This document shows, one piece after another, positions 1-7,864 of a DNA stretch of 20,000 bases; positions within the stretch are counted from its first letter, which is position 1; every line of letters begins with the position of its first letter. This stretch comes from an uncultured virus (IMG/VR IMGVR_UViG_3300011438_000001) (taxonomy: Duplodnaviria; Heunggongvirae; Uroviricota; Caudoviricetes): the IMG/VR virus record IMGVR_UViG_3300011438_000001. One strand, 5' to 3'. The position numbers and the translations under genes are program-made. The notes under the pieces were generated by a model. The model made no database searches, had not been told where the DNA came from, and was given only the letters and a program-made list of their open reading frames with translations.

Positions 1-385
1 TCCGTTTCTTTCCTCCTACACCACTAAGAAATTTCTATCTCCAGTGGGACTGGCCGATTGGATCGCCACAAAATTCTGCCTGCGGGGCGGGCCGATCACG
101 ACAGTCGATGGAAGCCCCATTGGAAAGACATGGCTCTATGCGGTCGCCTGGGCCGGCAGCTTTGCCAATGGTCCATCGGCCCGCCCGACGGTTGTTGCCC
201 TGCGATCGTTCATCAACACGGCCCAGACTTCTCTAAAGGACTCCTGGCCATTCCGCCTCATCAACCTTCCAAAGAGCGAAACTTTCTCGCTCAAGGTCTC
301 CAACGGGCGGGTTGCCAAGGCATGGTGGAAGATGACGACAGAGGTGAAGGTCTGGTTCAATCCCTGGGGCAGAGGGGGGAGCTAG
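1..385 (+). CDS. C-terminal part of a gene entering from upstream; probable phage tail/virion structural protein
   Basis: The frame of the 44..385 ORF has no stop back to position 2 (PFLSSYTTKKFLSPVGLADW...), so the gene starts before the window. It is beta-rich and lies just upstream of fibre-like genes, where podoviral tail nozzle/stabilisation genes often sit. Function is a positional inference. Confidence 0.5.
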   Translation, partial: PFLSSYTTKKFLSPVGLADWIATKFCLRGGPITTVDGSPIGKTWLYAVAWAGSFANGPSARPTVVALRSFINTAQTSLKDSWPFRLINLPKSETFSLKVSNGRVAKAWWKMTTEVKVWFNPWGRGGS

Positions 386-391
386 AAACCA

Positions 392-958
392 ATGCCAGTT
401 CTTGACCTAGCCCGCGAGATTCGGCAGCTGGCGGTTGATCCGGGGGCTGGCGAGCCCCGCGGCAATGTGGATGGCCTGGGCAATGGCAACGGCCGGCAGG
501 GTCCACGTCCCCCTGCCGGCAACGGAGCATCTAATGGCCCCCCTGCCGGGCAGCGCCACGCCAACGATCCCAACTCGGTTCGCATCCTGCTCTTTCAAGC
601 CCTGCGCAAGATGCAAGCCTGGGCGAATGCTCCAGAGGCTGTTGTCGCAGCAACAACCGCAACTGCCGCCCCAACTCCATCCACCGTCCAAGTCGTCCAG
701 GACGTCTTCCTGGTTGCCTCAACCCTCACCACGGTCGTGCCGGCCGCAGCCGCAACCGAAGGCGCATCCCTTGATGTCTTTGTACGCCAGCCCCTGACCG
801 GCACCCCAGGATCGGTGGCGTTTAATAGTGGATTTAGATTGACGCCATCCAACATTGCGCAGACCTTGGGAAGCTGGAGCGTCTTCAGCTTTGTCGGCAA
901 GGCAGATGGGAAGTGGTGGCTGAGGACCAACATCCGGACGGGAGTTTTTTATTCATGA
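392..958 (+). CDS. Putative small tail-fibre/virion accessory protein (188 aa)
   Basis: ATG lies 6 nt after the previous stop, with GGGGGAG upstream. A G/N/P-rich N-terminal linker leads to a C-terminal domain (LDVFVRQPLTGTPGSVAFNSGF...WSVFSFVGKADGKWW) resembling the 'IxQDxTGxRTxxW...DxxxF...GxxW' module of phage fibre proteins. The stop overlaps the next start (ATGA). Confidence 0.6.
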   Translation: MPVLDLAREIRQLAVDPGAGEPRGNVDGLGNGNGRQGPRPPAGNGASNGPPAGQRHANDPNSVRILLFQALRKMQAWANAPEAVVAATTATAAPTPSTVQVVQDVFLVASTLTTVVPAAAATEGASLDVFVRQPLTGTPGSVAFNSGFRLTPSNIAQTLGSWSVFSFVGKADGKWWLRTNIRTGVFYS

Positions 959-3900
959 TCTTACGACTTCTGCTTGCATTGTCCATAGTGTTTGTCATTC
1001 AAGCGCAAACGGACTTGATCGCCCCCGTCACCGTGCATGCCCCAGCTGGTGATGCATCTTCCATCATCAACTCTCGTTATGAAATCAAGGATAAGGACGG
1101 CGGGGCTCTCAAATGGGTCATGGAAGGAACATTAGGCGACCCAACGACCGGCACCACTCGTCTTTATTTTCAAGATTCCACCCCAGCCAAAATCTTACAG
1201 TTTGAACGTAAAGACACCGGCGTTTTAACGAACCGTGCCGTGCTCGACATGCACTGGATCCCGGCGATCACCGCCACCTACGACCTTGGCAAATTAACCG
1301 AAGTCTGGAACCACGCCTACATCGCCGAGACCCACACGACCAGCCTGCGCCCGATCATCGGATCGGATATTGAGGTTAGGGGGAATCTAATTTCTCCAGT
1401 CCTACTGAACCTTGGCAATGCAACCACCGGCCGGTGGGACACTCTTTACGTTACGAATATCGACTGCACGGGGATTTGCGGCAGCAGCTACTGGTCTAGG
1501 GATGCTTCTGGATTTATTTTCCCAACGACAACCGATGACGACGTGCGGGTCCAGAAATTGCAGCTGACCGACGACACGCTGCTCCCGTCGGTGTTCTTCA
1601 TGGACATCCGCGCAGAAATAACCACGATCTCCCCTGGCGTGCGGTTCATGGAATTTAGGGACAACGCCGGCGGGATAATGCTCAGGCTCCAGCGCCAGAA
1701 CGCCAGTGCCGTTGCCAACTACGCCATCTTCGACATGGACCTTCGTCCCCGCGTGGACGACAGTTACGACATTGGATCGGCAATCGGCGCCGTTACGACG
1801 CAACGCTGGCGGAATGCGCATCTCTCGGGCGATCTCTTCGCGGATGAACTAGGCTCAAGCGCAGATAGGATCTCCAAACTCTGGGTGACCGACATCGATT
1901 GCTCCGGTGTCTGCCCCACGGGTTATTGGGGCCGCGATTCCGGCGCCGGTTTTATCTATCCATTAACCACTACCGACGATGTGCGGATGGAGAAGTTGGT
2001 CCTCATGGACGACAATCTCCTGCCATCAACTTTGCTCTTTGATATTCGAGCTTCTATCTCTGTCATCTCCCCGGGCGAGCGTTACTTAGCCTTTAGAGAC
2101 AACGCTGGAGCTGAGATGTTGCGGTTGCAACGACAGATGGCAGGGGCGGTCGCCAACTACGCTTTGTTTGATATGGACCTTCGTCCCCTTGTCGATGATT
2201 CCTACGATATTGGATCGGCAATTGGTGCTGCAACAACCCAGCGCTGGCGCAACGCACATTTTTCTGGCGACATCTTCGCCAATGAACTAGGCTCAAGTGC
2301 CGACCGCATTTCAAAACTGTGGGTCACCGACATCGACTGCACAGGGGCGTGCGGCTTCTGGTCCCGCAATTCCGGCAGCGGCTATATCTACCCGACCACT
2401 ACGACCGATGACGTTCGAATGGAAAAGCTCGTCCTGATGGATGACAATGCTTTGCCATCTGTCCTGACCTTCGACATTCGCGCTTCAATCTCCACGATTT
2501 CTCCAGGCGTGCGTTATATGGCCTTCAGGGACAACGCTGGTGCGGAGATGCTTCGCCTCCAGCGGCAAGAGGCGGGGGCAACCGCCAACTACGCCATCTT
2601 CTCCATGGATCTCCGTCCCGACACCGATGATGCTCAGGACATCAGCTCAGTAGTTGGAGCCGCCTCCCTCAAGCGGTGGCGCAACGCGCAGTTCTCTGGG
2701 GCCATATCAATCTCCGACGCTACCCCAACCGTGCGCACCTCCATCACAACCGCCTCGACAACCTGGAGTGATAACGGCGGCACTTTGCAAGCCTCGGTCA
2801 ACACCACGAGTGGGGCAATCACCGGAAAGGGCGGATTCTACGCCGGCCCCAGCGTGGTGCAAGTGGTTGATGCAAATGCGCGATGGGTCGGCGCTGATAT
2901 CTTCTTCGCTGCTGACAATACTTACAACATCGGCGATGGCGGCACCGGCTCGCGTCCAGCGAACATCGGCGCTGGTTCCACGATCAATCTCTACAATGGC
3001 GCCACCGCAACGGTTCGCACGGCAATCACGACGGCATCAACGGTTTGGAATGATGCTTCTGGAGCTTTGAAGGCTTCAGTGAACACTGCTTCGGGCGCCC
3101 TATTTGGTGAAGGTGGAATCTACGTTGGATCTGGTGTGACCAACGTCATCAACTCATCTGCCCAATGGGTGGGGCATCTCTCATCTAATGTCACCAGCAC
3201 CGCAGATCTTGGGGCTGGCGGCATCTACTGGCGAGATGCTTACTTTGCTGGGACCGTCTTCGCCGCTAACCTTGGAAACTCTGGCGCTCGCATCACCAAG
3301 CTCTGGGTTACGGATATTGACTGCTCCGGGGTTTGTCCAGGTGGCGGGCTCCCCGTAGTTGACACCACCAGCATTGTCTCGGGATCGGCTGATGGGACTA
3401 AGCTCATGCGCTTTGAAGTAGATGGGGTCTCGGCATCGACCACTCGCGTGATGACCATTCCCAACACCGACCAGATCCTGGCCGGCCGGGATGTAGACAA
3501 TTCATTCTCGGCTGCACAATCCTTTGGCAGCACGATCGGCGTCACAGGCGCGGCAACCCTGAGCAGCACGCTTGGCGTCACAGGCGCCACCACCCTCAGC
3601 AGCACGTTGAGCGTAGGCGGCAATCTCACTTTCTCGGCTGACAACACCTACAACATCGGCACGACTTCCAGCGGGCGCCCCGCCAACATCGGCGCCGTCT
3701 CGACTATCGTCCTCTACCACACCACCAGCTCTTCAACTGCTCGTATCTACATGGACACGACCGGCCAGACCTGGAATAACAGTTCTGGAACTCCAAAGGC
3801 TTCCATCACCAACGCCACCGGGGCAATCGTCGGCGAAGGCGGTTATTCCACGGCTGCTGGAGTTTTTGTCGACTCCAACAGCCGATGGGCCACCAACCTT

Positions 3901-4233
3901 GACTTCTCAAGCGACAACGTCTACAACATTGGTGGCACTTCATCCAACCGCCCCGCCAACGTCAACGTCGTCTCGTCCATCAACCTCTACCACACGACCA
4001 GTTCATCAACCCTGCGCACTGCGATCACCACGGCATCAACCACCTGGAATAATTCATCCGGCACAATCATGGCTTCTGTGAACACATCGTCTGGCTCGAT
4101 CTCGGGGTCTGGGTTCTTCGTTGGGAGCATAGGCAGCGGGTTTGCCACCGGCCTGACGGGCACCTTTACTTCCTCCACGGCTTCCTGCACGGTTACGTTC
4201 ACCGGCGGGATCGCAGTTTCGAAAACATGCTGA
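955..4233 (+). CDS. Large modular tail-fibre/adhesin-like repeat protein (1092 aa) with N-terminal signal-peptide-like sequence
   Basis: Start reassigned from 913 to ATG 955 (ATGA overlap with upstream stop, GGAG at 941-944). It has recurrent D-x-x-Y-[DN]-[IL]-G...R-W fibre-type motifs, three ~145-aa repeats, four ~90-aa repeats and 12-aa shaft repeats. The C-terminal TGTFT...CTVTFTGGIAV resembles phage fibre/spike ends. Confidence 0.75.
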   Translation: MILRLLLALSIVFVIQAQTDLIAPVTVHAPAGDASSIINSRYEIKDKDGGALKWVMEGTLGDPTTGTTRLYFQDSTPAKILQFERKDTGVLTNRAVLDMHWIPAITATYDLGKLTEVWNHAYIAETHTTSLRPIIGSDIEVRGNLISPVLLNLGNATTGRWDTLYVTNIDCTGICGSSYWSRDASGFIFPTTTDDDVRVQKLQLTDDTLLPSVFFMDIRAEITTISPGVRFMEFRDNAGGIMLRLQRQNASAVANYAIFDMDLRPRVDDSYDIGSAIGAVTTQRWRNAHLSGDLFADELGSSADRISKLWVTDIDCSGVCPTGYWGRDSGAGFIYPLTTTDDVRMEKLVLMDDNLLPSTLLFDIRASISVISPGERYLAFRDNAGAEMLRLQRQMAGAVANYALFDMDLRPLVDDSYDIGSAIGAATTQRWRNAHFSGDIFANELGSSADRISKLWVTDIDCTGACGFWSRNSGSGYIYPTTTTDDVRMEKLVLMDDNALPSVLTFDIRASISTISPGVRYMAFRDNAGAEMLRLQRQEAGATANYAIFSMDLRPDTDDAQDISSVVGAASLKRWRNAQFSGAISISDATPTVRTSITTASTTWSDNGGTLQASVNTTSGAITGKGGFYAGPSVVQVVDANARWVGADIFFAADNTYNIGDGGTGSRPANIGAGSTINLYNGATATVRTAITTASTVWNDASGALKASVNTASGALFGEGGIYVGSGVTNVINSSAQWVGHLSSNVTSTADLGAGGIYWRDAYFAGTVFAANLGNSGARITKLWVTDIDCSGVCPGGGLPVVDTTSIVSGSADGTKLMRFEVDGVSASTTRVMTIPNTDQILAGRDVDNSFSAAQSFGSTIGVTGAATLSSTLGVTGATTLSSTLSVGGNLTFSADNTYNIGTTSSGRPANIGAVSTIVLYHTTSSSTARIYMDTTGQTWNNSSGTPKASITNATGAIVGEGGYSTAAGVFVDSNSRWATNLDFSSDNVYNIGGTSSNRPANVNVVSSINLYHTTSSSTLRTAITTASTTWNNSSGTIMASVNTSSGSISGSGFFVGSIGSGFATGLTGTFTSSTASCTVTFTGGIAVSKTC
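1456..2700 (+). repeat. Three tandem ~435-438 bp (145-146 aa) intragenic repeats
   Basis: Units begin at [ND]IDC codons at 1456, 1891 and 2329. Each contains WxRxxxxGFIYPTTTxDDVR, FRDNAGxxMLRLQRQ, ANYAxFxMDLRP and RWRNA. Confidence 0.95.
2704..4120 (+). repeat. Second repeat family (~90 aa; one partial and three full copies) plus 12-aa shaft repeats
   Basis: DNxYNIG...RPAN...IxLY...WN..SG...AS units have their DN codons at 2914, 3640 and 3913 (last two 273 bp apart), with a partial copy from ~2704. GVTGA[AT]TLSSTL occurs twice (36-bp unit) at ~3538-3609. Confidence 0.9.
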
Positions 4234-4259
4234 TTGGATTTCTTGTGCAAAATCAGCGC

Positions 4260-4288
4260 TTGCATGATCTGACAAGATCTGGTAAGCT
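4260..4288 (+). promoter_or_regulatory. Sigma70-type promoter, probably producing a leaderless mRNA
   Basis: TTGCAT (4260-4265), a 17-bp spacer, then TAAGCT (4283-4288) with an extended -10 TG. ATG 4296 follows after 7 nt, with no Shine-Dalgarno sequence. Confidence 0.6.
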
Positions 4289-4295
4289 CCATTCC

Positions 4296-4757
4296 ATGAG
4301 GAACCTAATCTCAACCGTGCTGCTCTCAGCAGCATTGCTCTCGCCTTTGCTCTCGCCCTTGTCCTTGCCCCAAGCCCAAGCCCAGGGGTTCATCACGTCA
4401 TCCACATCCGGCATTTTCAAGCTGACCATCCAGCAATATGCTTTGCCCCAAAGCATCATGCAGTTCATCCCACCCCAGCATCTTCCAACACCTGCCGACA
4501 AACGCGAGGGAGTCATCGTCTATGTTTTTGCCGCGGATGAATCGACGCCGGCCGACATGGTTGAGATCACGGTCACTTATTGGCAGGCGGGCAAGCAGTG
4601 GACGAGGATCCAGCAAGGGAGCTTTAATAAAGGCGGATGCTGGCCGGCACCTTGCAGGTCTGGAGGATCGGTCTTCTTTATTGGAGCGGTCGATCTCAAA
4701 GACGTGAAGGTCGAGGTGAAGCCGGTGGTCTGGGAGAGCAGGGAGGTTGGGGAATGA
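4296..4757 (+). CDS. Secreted hypothetical protein (153 aa)
   Basis: Start reassigned to ATG 4296. MRNLISTVLLSAALLSPLLSPLSLPQAQA|Q looks like a Sec signal peptide. The mature part is beta-rich with a CWPAPC cysteine pair. The stop overlaps the next start (ATGA). Confidence 0.7.
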   Translation: MRNLISTVLLSAALLSPLLSPLSLPQAQAQGFITSSTSGIFKLTIQQYALPQSIMQFIPPQHLPTPADKREGVIVYVFAADESTPADMVEITVTYWQAGKQWTRIQQGSFNKGGCWPAPCRSGGSVFFIGAVDLKDVKVEVKPVVWESREVGE

Positions 4758-5362
4758 TTGAAGTGAAGAACCCCCTGAGGTTTGAAATCCTCTTGGGCAT
4801 GAGCATTGGCTTCTTCTCTGGCTTTGCTGGCGGCAACTTTATTGGCCGTTCACAAGGCTATGCTTCTGCCCTCAAGGAGGTCAAGCAAGAAGTCGACAAG
4901 CGGTTGGATGAGCTGGCCCCTGGATCAATCCCCATCCCCAAGAACTTCAAGGGGGAGGTCACCGTCGGCGGCAAAGCCAAGCCCAAATACAAATGGGATC
5001 TCAAATCCGTTCGATGCGAAGATGACGGGAAGGCAGTCAAGCAGGTCAACACTTTTGACCTGGGCTCCACTTCCCAGCCCTCCTGGACCTTGCACCGGGA
5101 CAATAGCAATGCCCCAGCAACATACTCCCTTGACTTGGACTTCAACACTTTTGACCCGGGTTCCGCGCCCCTGTCCGTCAACGAGAACAACTTCGTTGAC
5201 ATCAGGGGGCTCGAATCCGTGTTGGATAACGAACCCAGCGTCAAAAATATCCAGATCAACAAACCAAAGGGAAAAGAATGCAAACAACTCATGATTGCCT
5301 TTCGAGGCTTGATTATTCACGGCGTGGCGAGTGGAGAAACCGGATGCATATTCTCGTTTTAG
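4754..5362 (+). CDS. Membrane-anchored hypothetical protein (202 aa)
   Basis: Start ATG 4754 with GGAGG at 4742-4746 and an ATGA overlap. One N-terminal hydrophobic/Gly-rich helix (ILLGMSIGFFSGFAGGNFIG) precedes a short coiled coil and a soluble domain with three Cys. Confidence 0.7.
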   Translation: MIEVKNPLRFEILLGMSIGFFSGFAGGNFIGRSQGYASALKEVKQEVDKRLDELAPGSIPIPKNFKGEVTVGGKAKPKYKWDLKSVRCEDDGKAVKQVNTFDLGSTSQPSWTLHRDNSNAPATYSLDLDFNTFDPGSAPLSVNENNFVDIRGLESVLDNEPSVKNIQINKPKGKECKQLMIAFRGLIIHGVASGETGCIFSF

Positions 5363-5838
5363 TTCTTAGCCTGCTTGTCATACTTGCCCCGATGGCATCC
5401 TTGCTTGTGCCAACGGCAATGGCCGAGACTCCGACTCCTGCTCCTCCGCCAGCCACCAAGGTCGTCACGACGCCAGTCTCCACCTCCATCCCCCTCACTT
5501 CGGACCAACGTCTCGCCTATCTCGAAAAAGCTCTGGCGGCATCCAACGCCAAGCTGGAGCTTTTCTCTTTAGAAATCCGCCTCTTCCGCCTGCGGGACCA
5601 ATCGCAACAAGCAATTGAACGCTCCAGGCAGGCTGAGCAATTAGTTCAAGAGAAGCAAGACGCCAGCTTCCGCGAAGCTTATAAACCTGCCGAAGCCACC
5701 TTCCGCCAATCTGACGCAGAGTTGCAAGCCGCCACCACTGCAGCCAAGACGGCCCTCAAAGTGCCAGACGGTTGGGTGGTGTCTGCGGATGGCAAGGAGT
5801 TTAAACCGCCACCCCCACCCGCACCGCCCAAGAATTGA
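5344..5838 (+). CDS. Signal-peptide-bearing coiled-coil protein (164 aa)
   Basis: Start ATG 5344 with GGAG upstream. MHILVLVLSLLVILAPMASLLVPTAMA|E is followed by a Pro/Thr linker, a long coiled coil and a WVVSADGKEF + poly-Pro tail. Confidence 0.7.
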   Translation: MHILVLVLSLLVILAPMASLLVPTAMAETPTPAPPPATKVVTTPVSTSIPLTSDQRLAYLEKALAASNAKLELFSLEIRLFRLRDQSQQAIERSRQAEQLVQEKQDASFREAYKPAEATFRQSDAELQAATTAAKTALKVPDGWVVSADGKEFKPPPPPAPPKN

Positions 5839-5877
5839 TTTCCTCCCGAAACGAAAGGATTTAGAATCTAAACCACA

Positions 5878-6981
5878 ATGCCTCGCCAAACCATTGTTCC
5901 ACCGCTCCCCTCTAGTGGAATCGCCAACCCCAAAGATCTCTACAACGGCGATCACGAGACCCACCAAACTTCCCCACTCGCCTGGGCGAATCCGGAATTC
6001 CACGACCGCCATGCGTGGGCTTATGAAACCCTCGCCGGCGGGCAATCGACTCTCGGCCCCAACGCGCTCGTCGTCAAGGCCACGACGATCGGCTGGAATT
6101 CGGAAGAATCCGCTTCTCCCGGCGCCGCTCCTCACCGCGGCGACACCTTTGCCAAGGTCGAGATCGAAGGGACCAACGACACCGTTGGAGTCGACGGCAA
6201 CCCGCCCCGCGAGATCCGTGCCTACAGCTTCGACATCATGGTCAACCCTGACTACGTCGTCAACGATCTCTATTTTGAAAAGACCGGCAAGAAGGTTCAG
6301 TCTCCAAAATACCCTGGCTACGACGCCCGCAATCCTGCTGGCGGTCTTTCCCCGATCGGCCTCCCCTATCCCAACCATCCATGGGCGACGATCGACGGCG
6401 TTCCGTCCGACCGCTATTTCTGGCATGCCAAGACTGAGCCACTAGGTGGACCCGGTGGGCCGACCTATGAAGTCGGCGCAATCTTCGAAGCCCCTGAAGG
6501 GAACTATCAAAAGATCCGGCTGATCAAGACTCCCGGCTATGTCGAGGTCGGCGTCGGCTGGATCCCCGCGACGATGGAGGATTCCTGGGAACTGGTCTGG
6601 GTCCGGTCTGCCGGTCAATCGACGCCGTCCATGGTCACCAATCCCACGCAGGTCTTTGTCTCTGCCCCAACTCCGGTCCCGGGCGTGGACGTGACAAAGG
6701 CGAACCCGCCGGCTCCGCACGTCAGCGAGTATGACCAGATTCGATTGCTGAGGGAGAAGCTGGAAGCCATGATGGCGGAGTTGGCCAAGCGCGAGGAGGA
6801 GCTTGCCAAAAAGACGCCATCGCCGTTGCTGGACCCCAACACGGGAAAGCCCTTGGGTGCAGCTCCACTCCCTTTGGCGCCGGCGTCATCGACGTCACCA
6901 GCGCCGGTGTCACCAGCATCATCACTCCCTTTAGCCCCAGCCCTGCCATCGCCGACGATCAAAGAAGTTCGCAAGAAATAG
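5878..6981 (+). CDS. Hypothetical protein (367 aa), aromatic/Pro-rich N-terminal domain, short coiled coil, Pro/Ser/Ala tail
   Basis: Long ORF colinear with the operon, with AAAGGA upstream. No recognisable family. Confidence 0.7.
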   Translation: MPRQTIVPPLPSSGIANPKDLYNGDHETHQTSPLAWANPEFHDRHAWAYETLAGGQSTLGPNALVVKATTIGWNSEESASPGAAPHRGDTFAKVEIEGTNDTVGVDGNPPREIRAYSFDIMVNPDYVVNDLYFEKTGKKVQSPKYPGYDARNPAGGLSPIGLPYPNHPWATIDGVPSDRYFWHAKTEPLGGPGGPTYEVGAIFEAPEGNYQKIRLIKTPGYVEVGVGWIPATMEDSWELVWVRSAGQSTPSMVTNPTQVFVSAPTPVPGVDVTKANPPAPHVSEYDQIRLLREKLEAMMAELAKREEELAKKTPSPLLDPNTGKPLGAAPLPLAPASSTSPAPVSPASSLPLAPALPSPTIKEVRKK

Positions 6982-7014
6982 CCTTGGCTGCTGCGATAAC
7001 CACTGCATATGAAA

Positions 7015-7047
7015 GGCTGGCGCGGGTATTGGGTGCTCGCGCCAGCC
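7015..7047. other. GC-rich intergenic hairpin (possible - strand terminator or RNA processing/stability element)
   Basis: GGCTGGCGCG (7015-7024) pairs perfectly with CGCGCCAGCC (7038-7047). The stem extends to 14 bp with G-U pairs around a 5-nt loop. There is no U-tract on +; TTTCAT follows on -. Confidence 0.55.
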
Positions 7048-7079
7048 AACTTGCTGCCTCATCGAAAGGATCCACATCA

Positions 7080-7418
7080 ATGCCTGAAGCCCCCCTCGGC
7101 GGTATCCCGGGCTCGCAGATCACCGCTGCTCCCCTAACCTCCTTCCTCCAACGTTTGGGCCTGGATCTTAACGTCTCGGGAACGGCGCCGTTTGAAGTCG
7201 TCATCGGCAAAATCGTCGACTATTTCTCCAAGAAGCGCGAGACGATGAGCATTTCAACACGGGACCGTTGGGACAATTTGGAGCTGACGATCGTCGAGAA
7301 TTGGCATGATGGGATCGTGGATTTGGTGAACAAGGGCGGGGCGAATTTTCGCAAAGTGAAAGAAGATCGACTCATCAAAGATCAAGTAGAGAAACGAGAT
7401 GTTGCGAAATCGAGTTGA
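7080..7418 (+). CDS. Hypothetical protein (112 aa)
   Basis: ATG 7080 has AAAGGA at 7065-7070 and is preferred over the TTG at 6984, which lacks an RBS and would run through the hairpin. Confidence 0.6.
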   Translation: MPEAPLGGIPGSQITAAPLTSFLQRLGLDLNVSGTAPFEVVIGKIVDYFSKKRETMSISTRDRWDNLELTIVENWHDGIVDLVNKGGANFRKVKEDRLIKDQVEKRDVAKSS

Positions 7419-7467
7419 TGCGTGACATAATCTATCGCAGAATCTACCAGGCGAGGTTTTCTGCTTA

Positions 7468-7854
7468 ATGAGAGACTTCATTGCTGACTTCACGCTCCTT
7501 ATCCAGGCGACTGCCGCCAGTGGCCAGGGGCTTATCATGGCCCTTTCCAACTGGCTGCACTGGACGGCCGAAGCTCAAGCCGTTGCCCATGTGGGGTTGG
7601 GCATCATGTCGATGTGGCAGGCGATGATCGCCAAGTCGCATATGCCCAAGGAGCAGCAGGTGCAGGCTGCTGAGTTGAGTGAGCTGCTGGCCGCATATAG
7701 AAAGAATCAAGGCCTGTCGCCGGCGCCGACCGTCACAGTTACGGTGGACGAAACGCCACCAGCCTCGCCATCTACCTCACTATCAACTTCGCCAACTTCC
7801 CCAACTTCCCCAACTTCACCACCTTCACCCCCCAAATCTCCCCCGCAAATATAA
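7468..7854 (+). CDS. Possible holin-like membrane protein with Ser/Pro/Thr-rich tail (128 aa)
   Basis: GAGG lies upstream. Two moderately hydrophobic segments occupy the N-terminal 55 aa. The C-terminal (SPT)n tract is encoded by a 9-bp CCAACTTCC-type repeat at ~7783-7820. Confidence 0.5.
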   Translation: MRDFIADFTLLIQATAASGQGLIMALSNWLHWTAEAQAVAHVGLGIMSMWQAMIAKSHMPKEQQVQAAELSELLAAYRKNQGLSPAPTVTVTVDETPPASPSTSLSTSPTSPTSPTSPPSPPKSPPQI

Positions 7855-7864
7855 GGAGCCTCAA

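Noticed and set aside
938..958. Possible -1 frameshift at GGAGTTTTTTA fusing the 188-aa ORF to the fibre, which would bury the signal peptide
   Set aside because: The U UUU UUA heptamer is not in the reading phase of the upstream ORF (codons GGA GTT TTT TAT), and no stimulatory structure is evident. The T-run is adequately explained as an RBS spacer.
3628..4233. Diversity-generating retroelement target in the AAC-rich fibre C-terminus
   Set aside because: The repeats differ at all base types and are in-frame coding. No template repeat or reverse transcriptase is present in the window.
4335..4358. 12-bp tandem duplication in the signal peptide (LLSP x2)
   Set aside because: In-frame with only two copies; no evidence for phase variation.
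5641..6445. Overlapping alternative ORFs (261 aa on -, 218 aa on +)
   Set aside because: They overlap better-supported genes with an RBS and operon continuity, and have Arg/Ser/Pro-rich or shadow-type off-frame composition.
7783..7820. 9-bp tandem repeat as a CRISPR or regulatory array
   Set aside because: There are no spacers; it simply encodes (SPT)n in a low-complexity tail.
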